Notes: generated by a model not told the origin, from the sequence alone. Counted from the stretch's first letter, positions 7,432 to 15,402 are shown. The stretch: DNA of 32,000 nt from Propionibacterium ruminifibrarum (GCF_900289195.1 NZ_OMOH01000011.1:45839-77838), one strand, 5' to 3'. Made by a program: numbers and translations.

Positions 7432-8397
7432 GTGACCGATGACGACGTGCAGTTGAGACTGGCGGGCCCGCAGGACGCGCCCGCCATGCTCGGCATCATT
7501 CACGAGGCGTTCGGGGCCAGGCGTGAACTCGCCACGCCCCCCGAGGCGCTGAGCGACACCGTCGATGACGTGCGCGCCCGCATCGCCGACTGCGGCGGCG
7601 TCGTCGCCACCGTCGCGGGCCGCGACGCGGCCTGCCTGCTCATGAGCACCCCCGACCCGGACACCCTCATGGTGCATAGGGTCAGCGTCCGGCCCGGCTT
7701 CCAGCACGCCGGGCTCGCCGCCCTCATCGTCCGCGCGGCGGGCGAGTGGGCCGCCGAGCAGGGGCTGCGCCGGCTCCAGCTCATGGCCCGCGCCGACCTG
7801 CCCGAGGTCATCGGCTGGTGGCGCTCCCACGGGTTCAGCGCCGACCACGAGGTGCCCGGGGGCCTCATCCTGGGCATCGACCTGCCCACGGCCCTCACCG
7901 TGCCCACGGCCGAGCAGATGCGCCGCCTCGGCGTGCTGCTCGCACGGCGGCTACGGCCCGGTGACCTACTCGTCGCCAACGGCGAGCTCGGTGCCGGAAA
8001 GACCACACTCGCCCAGGGGATCGGCGCCGGCCTCGACGTCGAAGGGCCGGTCATCTCACCCACCTTCGTCCTGTCGCGCGTGCACCGCGCCCGTGGCACC
8101 GGCCCCGGCCTCGTGCACGTCGACGCCTACCGGATGGGCTCGGCCGCCGAACTCGAGGACATCGACCTCGACGCCACCATGGACGACTCGGTCACCCTCG
8201 TCGAGTGGGGCGCCGGGATGGCCGAGCAGCTGGCCCCCGACCGGCTCGACATCGACATCGCCCGCAGCGACGACCCGTCCGACGACACCCGCACCGTCTA
8301 CCTCACCGGCCACGGCGACCGCTGGGCCGGCGAGAACCTGCACGGCCTGCGCGACGAGCTCGCCGCAGCGGCCACCGAGGCCCAGGAGACCCGATGA
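7432..8397 (+). CDS. tsaE: Fusion protein: N-terminal GNAT acetyltransferase domain + C-terminal t6A ATPase TsaE
   Basis: 321 aa. Residues ~1-155 are GNAT-like (VHRVSVRPGFQHAGLAALIVRAAGEWA..., ...GWWRSHGF). Residues ~160-321 are TsaE: Walker A GELGAGKTTLAQGIG, SPTFVL, HVDAYR and TLVEW. The stop overlaps the tsaB ATG (ATGA). Confidence 0.85.
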   Translation: MTDDDVQLRLAGPQDAPAMLGIIHEAFGARRELATPPEALSDTVDDVRARIADCGGVVATVAGRDAACLLMSTPDPDTLMVHRVSVRPGFQHAGLAALIVRAAGEWAAEQGLRRLQLMARADLPEVIGWWRSHGFSADHEVPGGLILGIDLPTALTVPTAEQMRRLGVLLARRLRPGDLLVANGELGAGKTTLAQGIGAGLDVEGPVISPTFVLSRVHRARGTGPGLVHVDAYRMGSAAELEDIDLDATMDDSVTLVEWGAGMAEQLAPDRLDIDIARSDDPSDDTRTVYLTGHGDRWAGENLHGLRDELAAAATEAQETR

Positions 8398-9095
8398 GCA
8401 CCCATCCGACCACCCGCCCGACCGGCTGGACGCTGGCCGTCGACACGTCGACCGTCGTCACCGCCGGCCTGGCCCGCGACGGCCGGACGGTCGCCTCCGA
8501 ACAGGTGGGCGACAACCACGCCCACGCCGAACTGCTCGTGCCGACCATCCAGGTGATCCTGGCGGACGCGGGCATCGGCTGGGCCGAGCTCGCCGCGATC
8601 GGCGTCGGGGTCGGGCCGGGCCCGTTCACCGGGCTGCGGGTGGGCGTGGCCACCGCCGTCACCGCCGGCATCGCGGCGGGCGTGCCCGTCACCGGCGTGT
8701 GCAGCCTCGACGTCATCGCCGCCCAGTGGGCCGCCCAGGGCGCCCCGGCCGAGTTCATCATCGCCTCCGACGCCCGCCGCAAGGAGCTCTACTGGGCCGC
8801 CTACCGTGATGGACGTCGCGTCGGCCAACCGCAGGTGAGCGCCCCGGCAGCCCTCCCCGAACAGCCCACCGCCGGGCCCGGCGTGCACGTCTACCCGGAC
8901 CTGCTCGCCCCCCGCCGCCCCGGCGACGCGCCGCTCGGGCTCGACGCGGGCTTCCTCGCCGCCCACCTGCACGAGCTGCCCGACGCCGGGCTCGAACCGC
9001 TGTACCTGCGCACACCCGACGCCGCACCGCCCACCGCGCGCAAATCGGCGCTCACCGGACGCCGCCACCGCCTACGCCCCGGGGCCGCCCGGTGA
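8394..9095 (+). CDS. tsaB: tRNA threonylcarbamoyladenosine biosynthesis protein TsaB
   Basis: Track ORF 8205..9095 was trimmed to the ATG at 8394, which overlaps the tsaE stop. Contains LAVDTSTVVTAGL...GVGPGPFTGLRVGVATA, typical of TsaB/YeaZ. Confidence 0.85.
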   Translation: MSTHPTTRPTGWTLAVDTSTVVTAGLARDGRTVASEQVGDNHAHAELLVPTIQVILADAGIGWAELAAIGVGVGPGPFTGLRVGVATAVTAGIAAGVPVTGVCSLDVIAAQWAAQGAPAEFIIASDARRKELYWAAYRDGRRVGQPQVSAPAALPEQPTAGPGVHVYPDLLAPRRPGDAPLGLDAGFLAAHLHELPDAGLEPLYLRTPDAAPPTARKSALTGRRHRLRPGAAR

Positions 9096-9604
9096 ACGCC
9101 GCCGTCGGCCTGCCCGCGAGGCGCGACGAACGCCTCGGCGCCGCCCACCTGCCCGGCCTGCTCGCCCTGGAGGAGTCCGGCTTCCCCCCGCGCGAACGCT
9201 GGAGCGGGCGGTCGTGGACGAGTGAACTCGCCCGCCCCGGCAACCTGGCGCTGGGGGTGTACTCCGGTGAACAGCTGGTCGCCGCCGGCATCATCGGGGT
9301 GCTCTTCGGCGACGCCGAGCTGCTGCGCATCGTCGTCGCACCGGCCCACCGCGGCCAGGGCGTGGCAGCCGGCCTGCTCGCCCGGCTGCTCGCCGAGGCC
9401 GCCTCGGCCGGGGCCTGCCGGATGCTGCTGGAGGTGCGCCACGACAACACGGCAGCGCTCGCCCTCTACGAGCGGGCCGGCTTCACCCGCATCGACGTGC
9501 GAGCCGACTACTACGGGCCGGGGGCCGACGCCCTCGTCATGGCGGCACCGATCAGTCCGCCGGACACGACCAGCCCCGACACGGGCGAAGGAGGACGACC
9601 ATGA
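9092..9604 (+). CDS. rimI: Ribosomal-protein-alanine N-acetyltransferase (GNAT)
   Basis: 170 aa. GNAT motif A is [21 protein letters not shown], followed by [19 protein letters not shown]. The GTG start overlaps the tsaB stop (GTGA). It holds the conserved position between tsaB and tsaD. Confidence 0.85.
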   Translation: MNAAVGLPARRDERLGAAHLPGLLALEESGFPPRERWSGRSWTSELARPGNLALGVYSGEQLVAAGIIGVLFGDAELLRIVVAPAHRGQGVAAGLLARLLAEAASAGACRMLLEVRHDNTAALALYERAGFTRIDVRADYYGPGADALVMAAPISPPDTTSPDTGEGGRP

Positions 9605-10668
9605 GCGAACCGCTCGTCCTGGGCATCGAGTCCAGCTGCGACGAGACATCGGTGGGCATCGTGCGCGGCGAGCAGCTGCTCGCCAACGAGGTCGCCAGCT
9701 CCATGGAGCTGCACGCCCGCTTCGGCGGCGTCGTGCCCGAGGTCGCCTCGCGCGCCCACCTGGAGGCCATCGGCCCCACCCTGCGCCGCGCGGTCGAGAC
9801 CGCCGACATCGACCTGTCCGAACTCGACGCCGTCGCCGTCACCGCCGGGCCGGGCCTCATGGGCTCCCTCGTCGTCGGGCTGGCCGCGGCGAAGACCCTC
9901 GCCGCGGTCCTCGGCAAGCCGCTGTACGGGCTCAACCACCTCGTCGGCCATGTCGCCGTCGACCTGCTCGACCATCCCGCCGGGGAACCGGCCAGGCCCC
10001 TGGCCCGGCCGACCCTCGCCCTGCTCGTCTCGGGCGGGCACACCCAGCTGCTCACGGTGGGGGACATCACCGGCGACGTCGCCGAGATCGGCACGACGAT
10101 CGACGACGCCGCCGGCGAGGCCTACGACAAGGTCGCCCGGCTGCTCGGCCTGCCCTACCCGGGCGGCCCGGTCATCGACGAGGCCGCCCAGGGGGGCGAC
10201 CCGGAGGCCATCCGGTTCCCGCGGGGCCTCACCGCGCCCCACGACATGGCGCGGCACCGGTTCGACTACTCCTTCTCCGGCCTCAAGACGGCCGTCGCAC
10301 GCTGGGTCGAGACGCGGCGCCTCGAGGGCGGTGAGATCCCGGTCGCCGACGTCGCCGCCTCCTTCCAGGAGGCCGTCGCCGACGTCATCACCGCCAAGGC
10401 CGTCGACGCCGCCCGGCACCACGGCATCGAGCACATGATCATCGGCGGGGGAGTGGCGGCGAACTCGCGGCTGCGCGGGCTGCTCGGCGAACGCACCGCG
10501 GCGGCCGGCATCGAGCTGCGCCGCCCGCGCCCGGGGCTGTGCACCGACAACGGCGCCATGATCGCCGTGCTCGGCGCCCAGGTCGTCAAGGCCGGGCTGG
10601 AGCCCTCCGGCCTGGGCATCGGCGCCGACTCGGGGCTGCCGGTCGGAACCGTCGTCGTCCGCGACTGA
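9601..10668 (+). CDS. tsaD: tRNA N6-adenosine threonylcarbamoyltransferase
   Basis: 355 aa. Contains [35 protein letters not shown] and [11 protein letters not shown] (Kae1/TsaD family). The ATG overlaps the rimI stop (ATGA). Confidence 0.95.
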   Translation: MSEPLVLGIESSCDETSVGIVRGEQLLANEVASSMELHARFGGVVPEVASRAHLEAIGPTLRRAVETADIDLSELDAVAVTAGPGLMGSLVVGLAAAKTLAAVLGKPLYGLNHLVGHVAVDLLDHPAGEPARPLARPTLALLVSGGHTQLLTVGDITGDVAEIGTTIDDAAGEAYDKVARLLGLPYPGGPVIDEAAQGGDPEAIRFPRGLTAPHDMARHRFDYSFSGLKTAVARWVETRRLEGGEIPVADVAASFQEAVADVITAKAVDAARHHGIEHMIIGGGVAANSRLRGLLGERTAAAGIELRRPRPGLCTDNGAMIAVLGAQVVKAGLEPSGLGIGADSGLPVGTVVVRD

Positions 10669-10768
10669 CCCGCCGCCGCAGGCCGGGCCCGACGGCCCGC
10701 GGGGCGTGCGTCCGGCGACCGGGGCCGCCGGGTCATGCCCCTGGCGGTTCACCGATACCGTTGGCCCC

Positions 10769-12610
10769 ATGAGTGCACACACCACTGAGCCCTCCGGTCA
10801 CATCTGGCGCCGACCGGTGCCGCTGATCGGCGACGCGACGAGCTCGGCCGAACGCGACGACGACGTCACCGGCTGGGCGTTCGACGACGCCACCCGCGCC
10901 GCCCTGGACCGGGTCATCGGCGCCCGCCGCGACATCCGCCGCTACCGGCCCGACGACGTGGCCGACGAACTCGTCCGCGCCGTCATCGAGGCGGGCCACG
11001 GCGGCCCCAGCGTCGGCCAGTCCCAGCCGTGGCGGTTCATCGTCGTGCGCGACCGCCGCACCCGCGAGCGCGCCGCCCTCATGGCCGACCGCGAACGGCT
11101 GCGCCAGGCCGACGGCCTGACACCCGAACGGAAGTCCCGGCTGCTCGACCTGCAGCTGGAGGGCATCCGGGAGGCCCCGCTCGGCATCGTCGTGGCCTGC
11201 GACCGGCGCACCCCCGCCTCGGGCGTGCTCGGCCGCAACACCTTCCACGACGCCGACCTGTGGAGCTGCGCCGCCGCCATCGAGAACATGTGGCTGACCG
11301 CCCGCGCCGCCGGCCTCGGCATGGGCTGGGTGACACTCATGCGCCCCACCGAGCTCGCCGGTCTGCTGCACCTGCCCGCCGGCGTCGAGACCCTCGGCTG
11401 GCTGTGCCTGGGCTGGCCCGACGAACGCCCGCCCTTCCCCGGGCTGGAGCGGCGCGCCTGGTCGCACAAGCTGCCCCTGGACGAGGTGATCATGGCCGAC
11501 CGCTGGCCCGAGAACGCCCCACAGCCGCCGGTGAGCGGGCTGCCCGGCGCCGCGCCGGCCCCCGAGGCCGCGCCGCCCGCCGCGGTGCCCGAACCCGACC
11601 CGTCCTCGCCGCTGTGGAGCGAGATCGCCGCCCCCGACCAGCGCCACGTCGTGGCGGCCCGCGACCGGGCCGACGACCTGCTCACCCCGCCCGGCTCACT
11701 GGGCAAGCTCGACCAGGCGCTCGACCGGATGGTCGCCGTCACCGGTGAGGACGTCACCGGCGGCACCCTCGTCCTCGTCGCCGCCGACCACCCGATCGTC
11801 GAGCACCGGGTCTCGGCCTTCGACCAGTCGGTGACCCGCGAGGTCATGGACGCCGCGGCCGCCGGCCGCGCGGTCGGCGTCGTCGCCGCGGCCGGCGCCG
11901 GCCTGGACACGATCCTCGTCGACGCGGGTGTCGTGGGCGAGCCCCTGGCCGGCGTCGAACAGCTGCGCCCGGCCGGCCCCCGCGGCGACCTGGTGACCGC
12001 CCCGGCCATGACCGGCGAGGACACGGCCCGGCTCATCGCGGCCGGGCGCGAACTGGGCCGGCGTGCCGCCGCCCGGGGGCTCGTCGTGCTCGGCGAGATC
12101 GGCGTGGCCAATACGACGATCGCCTCGGCCCTGGCCTGCGCGCTCACCGGCATCAGCCCCGAGCAGGCCGTCGGCATCGGGGCCGGCTCGGACGCGGCGA
12201 TGATCGACCACAAGGCCGAGGTGCTGCGCGCCGTGTTCGGACGCGTCGATCCGCAGGCGCTGCGCACCGACCCGGCCAGCGCCCTCGCCGAGGTCGGCGG
12301 CCCGGAGTTCGCGGTGCTCGCCGGGGTGACGGTCGGTGCCGCCGAGGCCGGTGCGATGGTCGTGCTGGACGGTCTGGCCACCTCGGTCGCCGCCCTGGCG
12401 GCCGTCGAGGTGAACCCGGCCGTCCAGTCCTACCTGGTCGCCGGGCAGGTCAGCCGCGAGTCCTGCCACCAGGCGGTGCTCACCGAACTGGGCCTGGAGC
12501 CGCTGCTCGACCTGCGGCTGCGCGCCGGCGAGGGAGTCGGCGCGTCCCTGGCCGCCCAGCACCTGCTCACCGGCCTGGCCGTGCGCCGCGGCGCCGGCCG
12601 CACTCGTTGA
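10769..12610 (+). CDS. bluB/cobT2: Fusion: 5,6-dimethylbenzimidazole synthase (BluB, nitroreductase fold) + nicotinate-nucleotide--DMB phosphoribosyltransferase (CobT)
   Basis: The N-terminal half has RRDIRRY..., GPSVGQSQPWRFIVV and GLGMGWV (BluB-like). A Pro/Ala-rich linker follows (PQPPVSGLPGAAPAPEAAPPAAVPEPDPSSP). The C-terminal half has TPPGSLGKLD, ADHPIV, GEIGVANTT and LRAGEGVGA (CobT-like). The start is set at ATG 10769; the track gives 10706. Confidence 0.85.
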   Translation: MSAHTTEPSGHIWRRPVPLIGDATSSAERDDDVTGWAFDDATRAALDRVIGARRDIRRYRPDDVADELVRAVIEAGHGGPSVGQSQPWRFIVVRDRRTRERAALMADRERLRQADGLTPERKSRLLDLQLEGIREAPLGIVVACDRRTPASGVLGRNTFHDADLWSCAAAIENMWLTARAAGLGMGWVTLMRPTELAGLLHLPAGVETLGWLCLGWPDERPPFPGLERRAWSHKLPLDEVIMADRWPENAPQPPVSGLPGAAPAPEAAPPAAVPEPDPSSPLWSEIAAPDQRHVVAARDRADDLLTPPGSLGKLDQALDRMVAVTGEDVTGGTLVLVAADHPIVEHRVSAFDQSVTREVMDAAAAGRAVGVVAAAGAGLDTILVDAGVVGEPLAGVEQLRPAGPRGDLVTAPAMTGEDTARLIAAGRELGRRAAARGLVVLGEIGVANTTIASALACALTGISPEQAVGIGAGSDAAMIDHKAEVLRAVFGRVDPQALRTDPASALAEVGGPEFAVLAGVTVGAAEAGAMVVLDGLATSVAALAAVEVNPAVQSYLVAGQVSRESCHQAVLTELGLEPLLDLRLRAGEGVGASLAAQHLLTGLAVRRGAGRTR

Positions 12611-13113
12611 CAGGTGGTGGTGGCGTGATCTGCCCGCAGCTGACCACCCTGGCCTTCGTCCTGCACCCCGACGGCGAGCACGTCCTCATGGTGCACCGCA
12701 TCGCCCGCCCCGACGACGACCAGCTCGGCAAGTACAACGGGCTGGGCGGCAAGGTGGAGCGCGACGAGGACGTGGCCGCCGGCATGAAGCGCGAGCTGGG
12801 GGAGGAGGCCGGCATCGAGGTCGACGAGATGAGGCTGGCCGGCACCGTCAGCTGGCCCGGCTTCAACCCGGACGGCTCGGACCAGTTCGGTTTCATCTTC
12901 CTCGTGCACCGCTGGCACGGCGACATCCCGGCGGCGAACGAGGAGGGCCCGCTCACCTGGGAACGCATCGACGAGCTCGGCCGGTTGGACATGTGGGAGG
13001 GCGACCGCTACTTCATGCCGCTCGTCTTCGACCCGAAGGTGCCCCAGTTCCACGCCGTCATCCCCTACGAGAACGGCCGCCCGACCGGCGCCAGCTGGAC
13101 CGTCCTGGCCTGA
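12607..13113 (+). CDS. Nudix hydrolase, MutT/MTH1-like (8-oxo-dGTP diphosphatase-type)
   Basis: 168 aa. Perfect Nudix box GKVERDEDVAAGMKRELGEEAGI (Gx5Ex7REUxEExGU). The C-terminal MWEGDRYFMPLVF... resembles MTH1-type enzymes, from memory. The TTG start overlaps the bluB/cobT stop (TTGA); an alternative GTG lies at 12625. Confidence 0.8.
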   Translation: MTGGGGVICPQLTTLAFVLHPDGEHVLMVHRIARPDDDQLGKYNGLGGKVERDEDVAAGMKRELGEEAGIEVDEMRLAGTVSWPGFNPDGSDQFGFIFLVHRWHGDIPAANEEGPLTWERIDELGRLDMWEGDRYFMPLVFDPKVPQFHAVIPYENGRPTGASWTVLA

Positions 13114-13129
13114 GTCATCCGGCCGGCTC

Positions 13130-13333
13130 CACCCCGGCGCACCCGGCTCATCCGCCCCGGTCGTCGGCGGCCTGCCGGAGGGTCTCGCGCCACCCCGGCG
13201 CACGCGGCTCATCCTCGGCATGCCTGGAGGCCGCAACCATCCGTCTCCGCCGCGCGTGCACGGCTCCATTCGGCGGGAGCGAGCGGGAGGTCGCGGGTGA
13301 GCGGGTCTCGGCTGTGCGTGCACGGCCCCATCG
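13130..13333. repeat. Degenerate tandem array: 4 copies of a GCAC-N-CGGC(T/C)(C)CAT(C/T) core motif at ~56-62 nt spacing
   Basis: Copy 1 (13130-13153, caccccggcgcacccggctcatcc) and copy 2 (13191-13214, caccccggcgcacgcggctcatcc) match at 23 of 24 positions, 61 nt apart. Degenerate copies lie at ~13254-13271 (gcgtgcacggctccattc) and ~13316-13333 (gcgtgcacggccccatcg). Confidence 0.6.
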
Positions 13334-13404
13334 GTCGCGCCCCGGTCTGCCGATGACGCCGGGATCGCCACTGCACACACCCCGGCCCGGCGGGCGTGGG
13401 TGCG

Positions 13405-13447
13405 TATTCTAGTGGACCAGCGCGGATCTGTGAAATGACTGGACCAC
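13405..13447 (+). promoter_or_regulatory. Candidate -10 (TATTCT) followed by imperfect inverted repeat GTGGACCAG-N18-CTGGACCAC upstream of the opu operon
   Basis: TATTCT lies at 13405-13410. The inverted-repeat arms are 13412-13420 and 13439-13447, matching at 8 of 9 positions. A second TAnnnT (TATTGT, 13474-13479) is followed by the palindrome GGGTAT-cc-ATACCC (13480-13493). Confidence 0.3.
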
Positions 13448-13537
13448 TTGCGTCCACCGGCAACGCGCTCACCTATTGTGGGTATCCATACCCCCTTGTC
13501 CGGAGCGCCCCTGTGGGCGCTGACCGTCAGGAGAACC

Positions 13538-14179
13538 ATGGGTGCCTTCATCGCCTCGCGCTGGGCCGACATCGCGTTCCGCATGTACCAGCACGCCAGC
13601 CTCGTCGCCCAGTCGGTGCTGCTGGCCGCCGTCATCGCCGTCGCGTTGGCCGTGGTCGTCACGAGCGTGCCCCGGCTCGAGCCCATCGCCAACGCCATCT
13701 CGACCATCGGCCTGACGATCCCGTCCTTCGCCCTGCTGGGCCTGTTCATCCCGCTGTTCGGCATCGGCACCACCACGTCGGTGGCCGTCGTCACCTTCTA
13801 CGCGGCACTGCCCATCCTGCGCAACGCGGTGGTGGGGCTGCTCGGCGTCGACCGGGCGCTCCTCGAGTCCGCCCGCGGCATGGGCATGAAGCCGCTCGCG
13901 ATCTTCCTGCGCGTGCAGTTGCCGCTGGCCTGGCCCGTCATCCTCACCGGCCTGCGCGTCTCGACGCAGATGTCGATGGGCGTGGCGGCCATCGCCGCCT
14001 ACGTGCTCGGCCCCGGGCTCGGCTCCTACATCTTCACCGGACTGGCCCAGATCGGCGGCAGGAACGCACTCAACTACGCCGTGGTCGGCACTGTCGGTGT
14101 CGTGGTCGTCGCACTCATCGCCGACGCCGTACTCGCCCTCATCGGGCGGCTCACCATCTCGAAGGGAATCCGCGCATGA
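13538..14179 (+). CDS. Osmoprotectant (glycine betaine/carnitine/choline) ABC transporter permease, OpuCB/OpuCD-like
   Basis: Track ORF 13448..14179 was trimmed to ATG 13538, which follows the SD caggaga. Product is 213 aa, polytopic, with a BPD-transporter EAA-like loop (ALLESARGMGMKP). Confidence 0.85.
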   Translation: MGAFIASRWADIAFRMYQHASLVAQSVLLAAVIAVALAVVVTSVPRLEPIANAISTIGLTIPSFALLGLFIPLFGIGTTTSVAVVTFYAALPILRNAVVGLLGVDRALLESARGMGMKPLAIFLRVQLPLAWPVILTGLRVSTQMSMGVAAIAAYVLGPGLGSYIFTGLAQIGGRNALNYAVVGTVGVVVVALIADAVLALIGRLTISKGIRA

Positions 14180-15402
14180 GCACAGACAGTACCGCCAACG
14201 CCAGGGGCAGCGAGATCGTCTTCACCGACGTCGTCAAGCAGTACCCGGGCCAGACCGAGCCGGCCGTCGACCACCTCAGCCTGGGCATCGACGCCGGCGA
14301 GTTCGTCACCTTCGTCGGCCCGTCCGGCTGCGGCAAGACGACGAGCCTCAAGATGATCAACCGTCTCATCGAACCCACCAGCGGCACGATCACCATCGAC
14401 GGCCAGGACACCCGCGAACTCGACGCCGACACCCTGCGCCGCCGCATCGGCTACGTCATCCAGGGCGGCGGGCTCTTCCCGCACATGACCGTCGCAGGCA
14501 ACATCGCGGTCGTCCCCAATCTGCTCAAGTGGGACAAGAAACGCATCAGGCGGCGCACCGACGAACTGCTCGAGCTGGTCGGCCTCGACCCGGCCGTCTA
14601 CCGAGACCGCTACCCCAGGGAACTGTCCGGGGGTCAGCAGCAGCGCGTCGGCGTCGCCCGGGGCCTGGCCGCCGACCCGCCCGTCATGCTCATGGATGAG
14701 CCCTTCGGCGCGGTCGACCCGATCACCCGCTCGCGCCTGCAGGACGAACTGCTCGACGTGCAGTCCAAGCTGCACAAGACGATCGTGTGCGTCACCCACG
14801 ACATCGACGAGGCCATCAAACTCGGCGACCGGATCTGCGTGATGGCCGACCACGGGCGCATCGCCCAGTACGACACAGCCTCGGAGATCCTCGCCAACCC
14901 GGCCGACGATTTCGTCGCGGACTTCACCGGCTCCGGCTCGGCCCTCAAGCAGCTGGCCCTGGAGAAGGTCTCCTCGATCCGGCTGGAACCGGCCGTCCTG
15001 GTCCACGTCGGCGACCCGGTCCCCGATGTGCTGGAGCTGGCGCGCCGGCACGACACCGACCAGGTCATCGTCCTCGACGCCGACGAGGCCATCGTCGACT
15101 GGTACTGGACGATCAACCTGCGCGGGCCCGTCGTGCGCGCCCGGCCGGGCCGCCAGCCCATCCTGCTCGACGAGGACTCCAGCCTCGACACGGTGCTCGA
15201 CGCCCTCGTCACCTCGCTGCACGAAGGCGCCATCATCGTCGACGACCACGAGCACTTCCTCGGTATCGCCACCTTCGACGAGGTGACCGCGCACGTGCGC
15301 CGGGTCAACGCCGCCCCCGGAGCGATCGGCGACTTCGACGCCGGACGGACCCACCAGGCGCCCGCGCCCGACGCCCCGGCCCACGGACAGGAGCGCCCAT
15401 GA
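14176..15402 (+). CDS. Osmoprotectant ABC transporter ATP-binding protein with C-terminal CBS-domain pair (OpuCA-like)
   Basis: Walker A GPSGCGKTT, Q-loop, signature LSGGQQQRVGVAR, Walker B VMLMDEPFGAVD and H-loop VTHD. A ~140-aa CBS-like region follows. The ATG overlaps the upstream stop (ATGA). Confidence 0.9.
   Translation: MSTDSTANARGSEIVFTDVVKQYPGQTEPAVDHLSLGIDAGEFVTFVGPSGCGKTTSLKMINRLIEPTSGTITIDGQDTRELDADTLRRRIGYVIQGGGLFPHMTVAGNIAVVPNLLKWDKKRIRRRTDELLELVGLDPAVYRDRYPRELSGGQQQRVGVARGLAADPPVMLMDEPFGAVDPITRSRLQDELLDVQSKLHKTIVCVTHDIDEAIKLGDRICVMADHGRIAQYDTASEILANPADDFVADFTGSGSALKQLALEKVSSIRLEPAVLVHVGDPVPDVLELARRHDTDQVIVLDADEAIVDWYWTINLRGPVVRARPGRQPILLDEDSSLDTVLDALVTSLHEGAIIVDDHEHFLGIATFDEVTAHVRRVNAAPGAIGDFDAGRTHQAPAPDAPAHGQERP

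Noticed and set aside
10669-10768. Cobalamin riboswitch upstream of bluB/cobT
   Set aside because: The gap is only ~100 nt, I could not find a recognisable B12-box, and the geometry suggests a leaderless start.
13130-13333. Possible CRISPR array, given repeats at ~60-nt period
   Set aside because: Only two copies are near-identical and the others are degenerate. The repeat is not followed by regular unique spacers of CRISPR type, there are only four units, and no cas genes or leader are present in the window.
12993-13472. Small ORFs in the nudix/opu gap (12993..13412 +, 13148..13378 -, 13209..13472 -)
   Set aside because: They are Arg/Pro-rich, lack an SD, and overlap one another and the tandem motif array. 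The repeat-derived peptides fall in different frames, which argues against coding.
13114-13537. c-di-AMP (ydaO-type) or other riboswitch upstream of the osmoprotectant transporter
   Set aside because: I found only loose resemblances, such as gagcgggagg and gggtga. I could not assemble the conserved pseudo-symmetric core by eye. This is left as a cmsearch check rather than a call.
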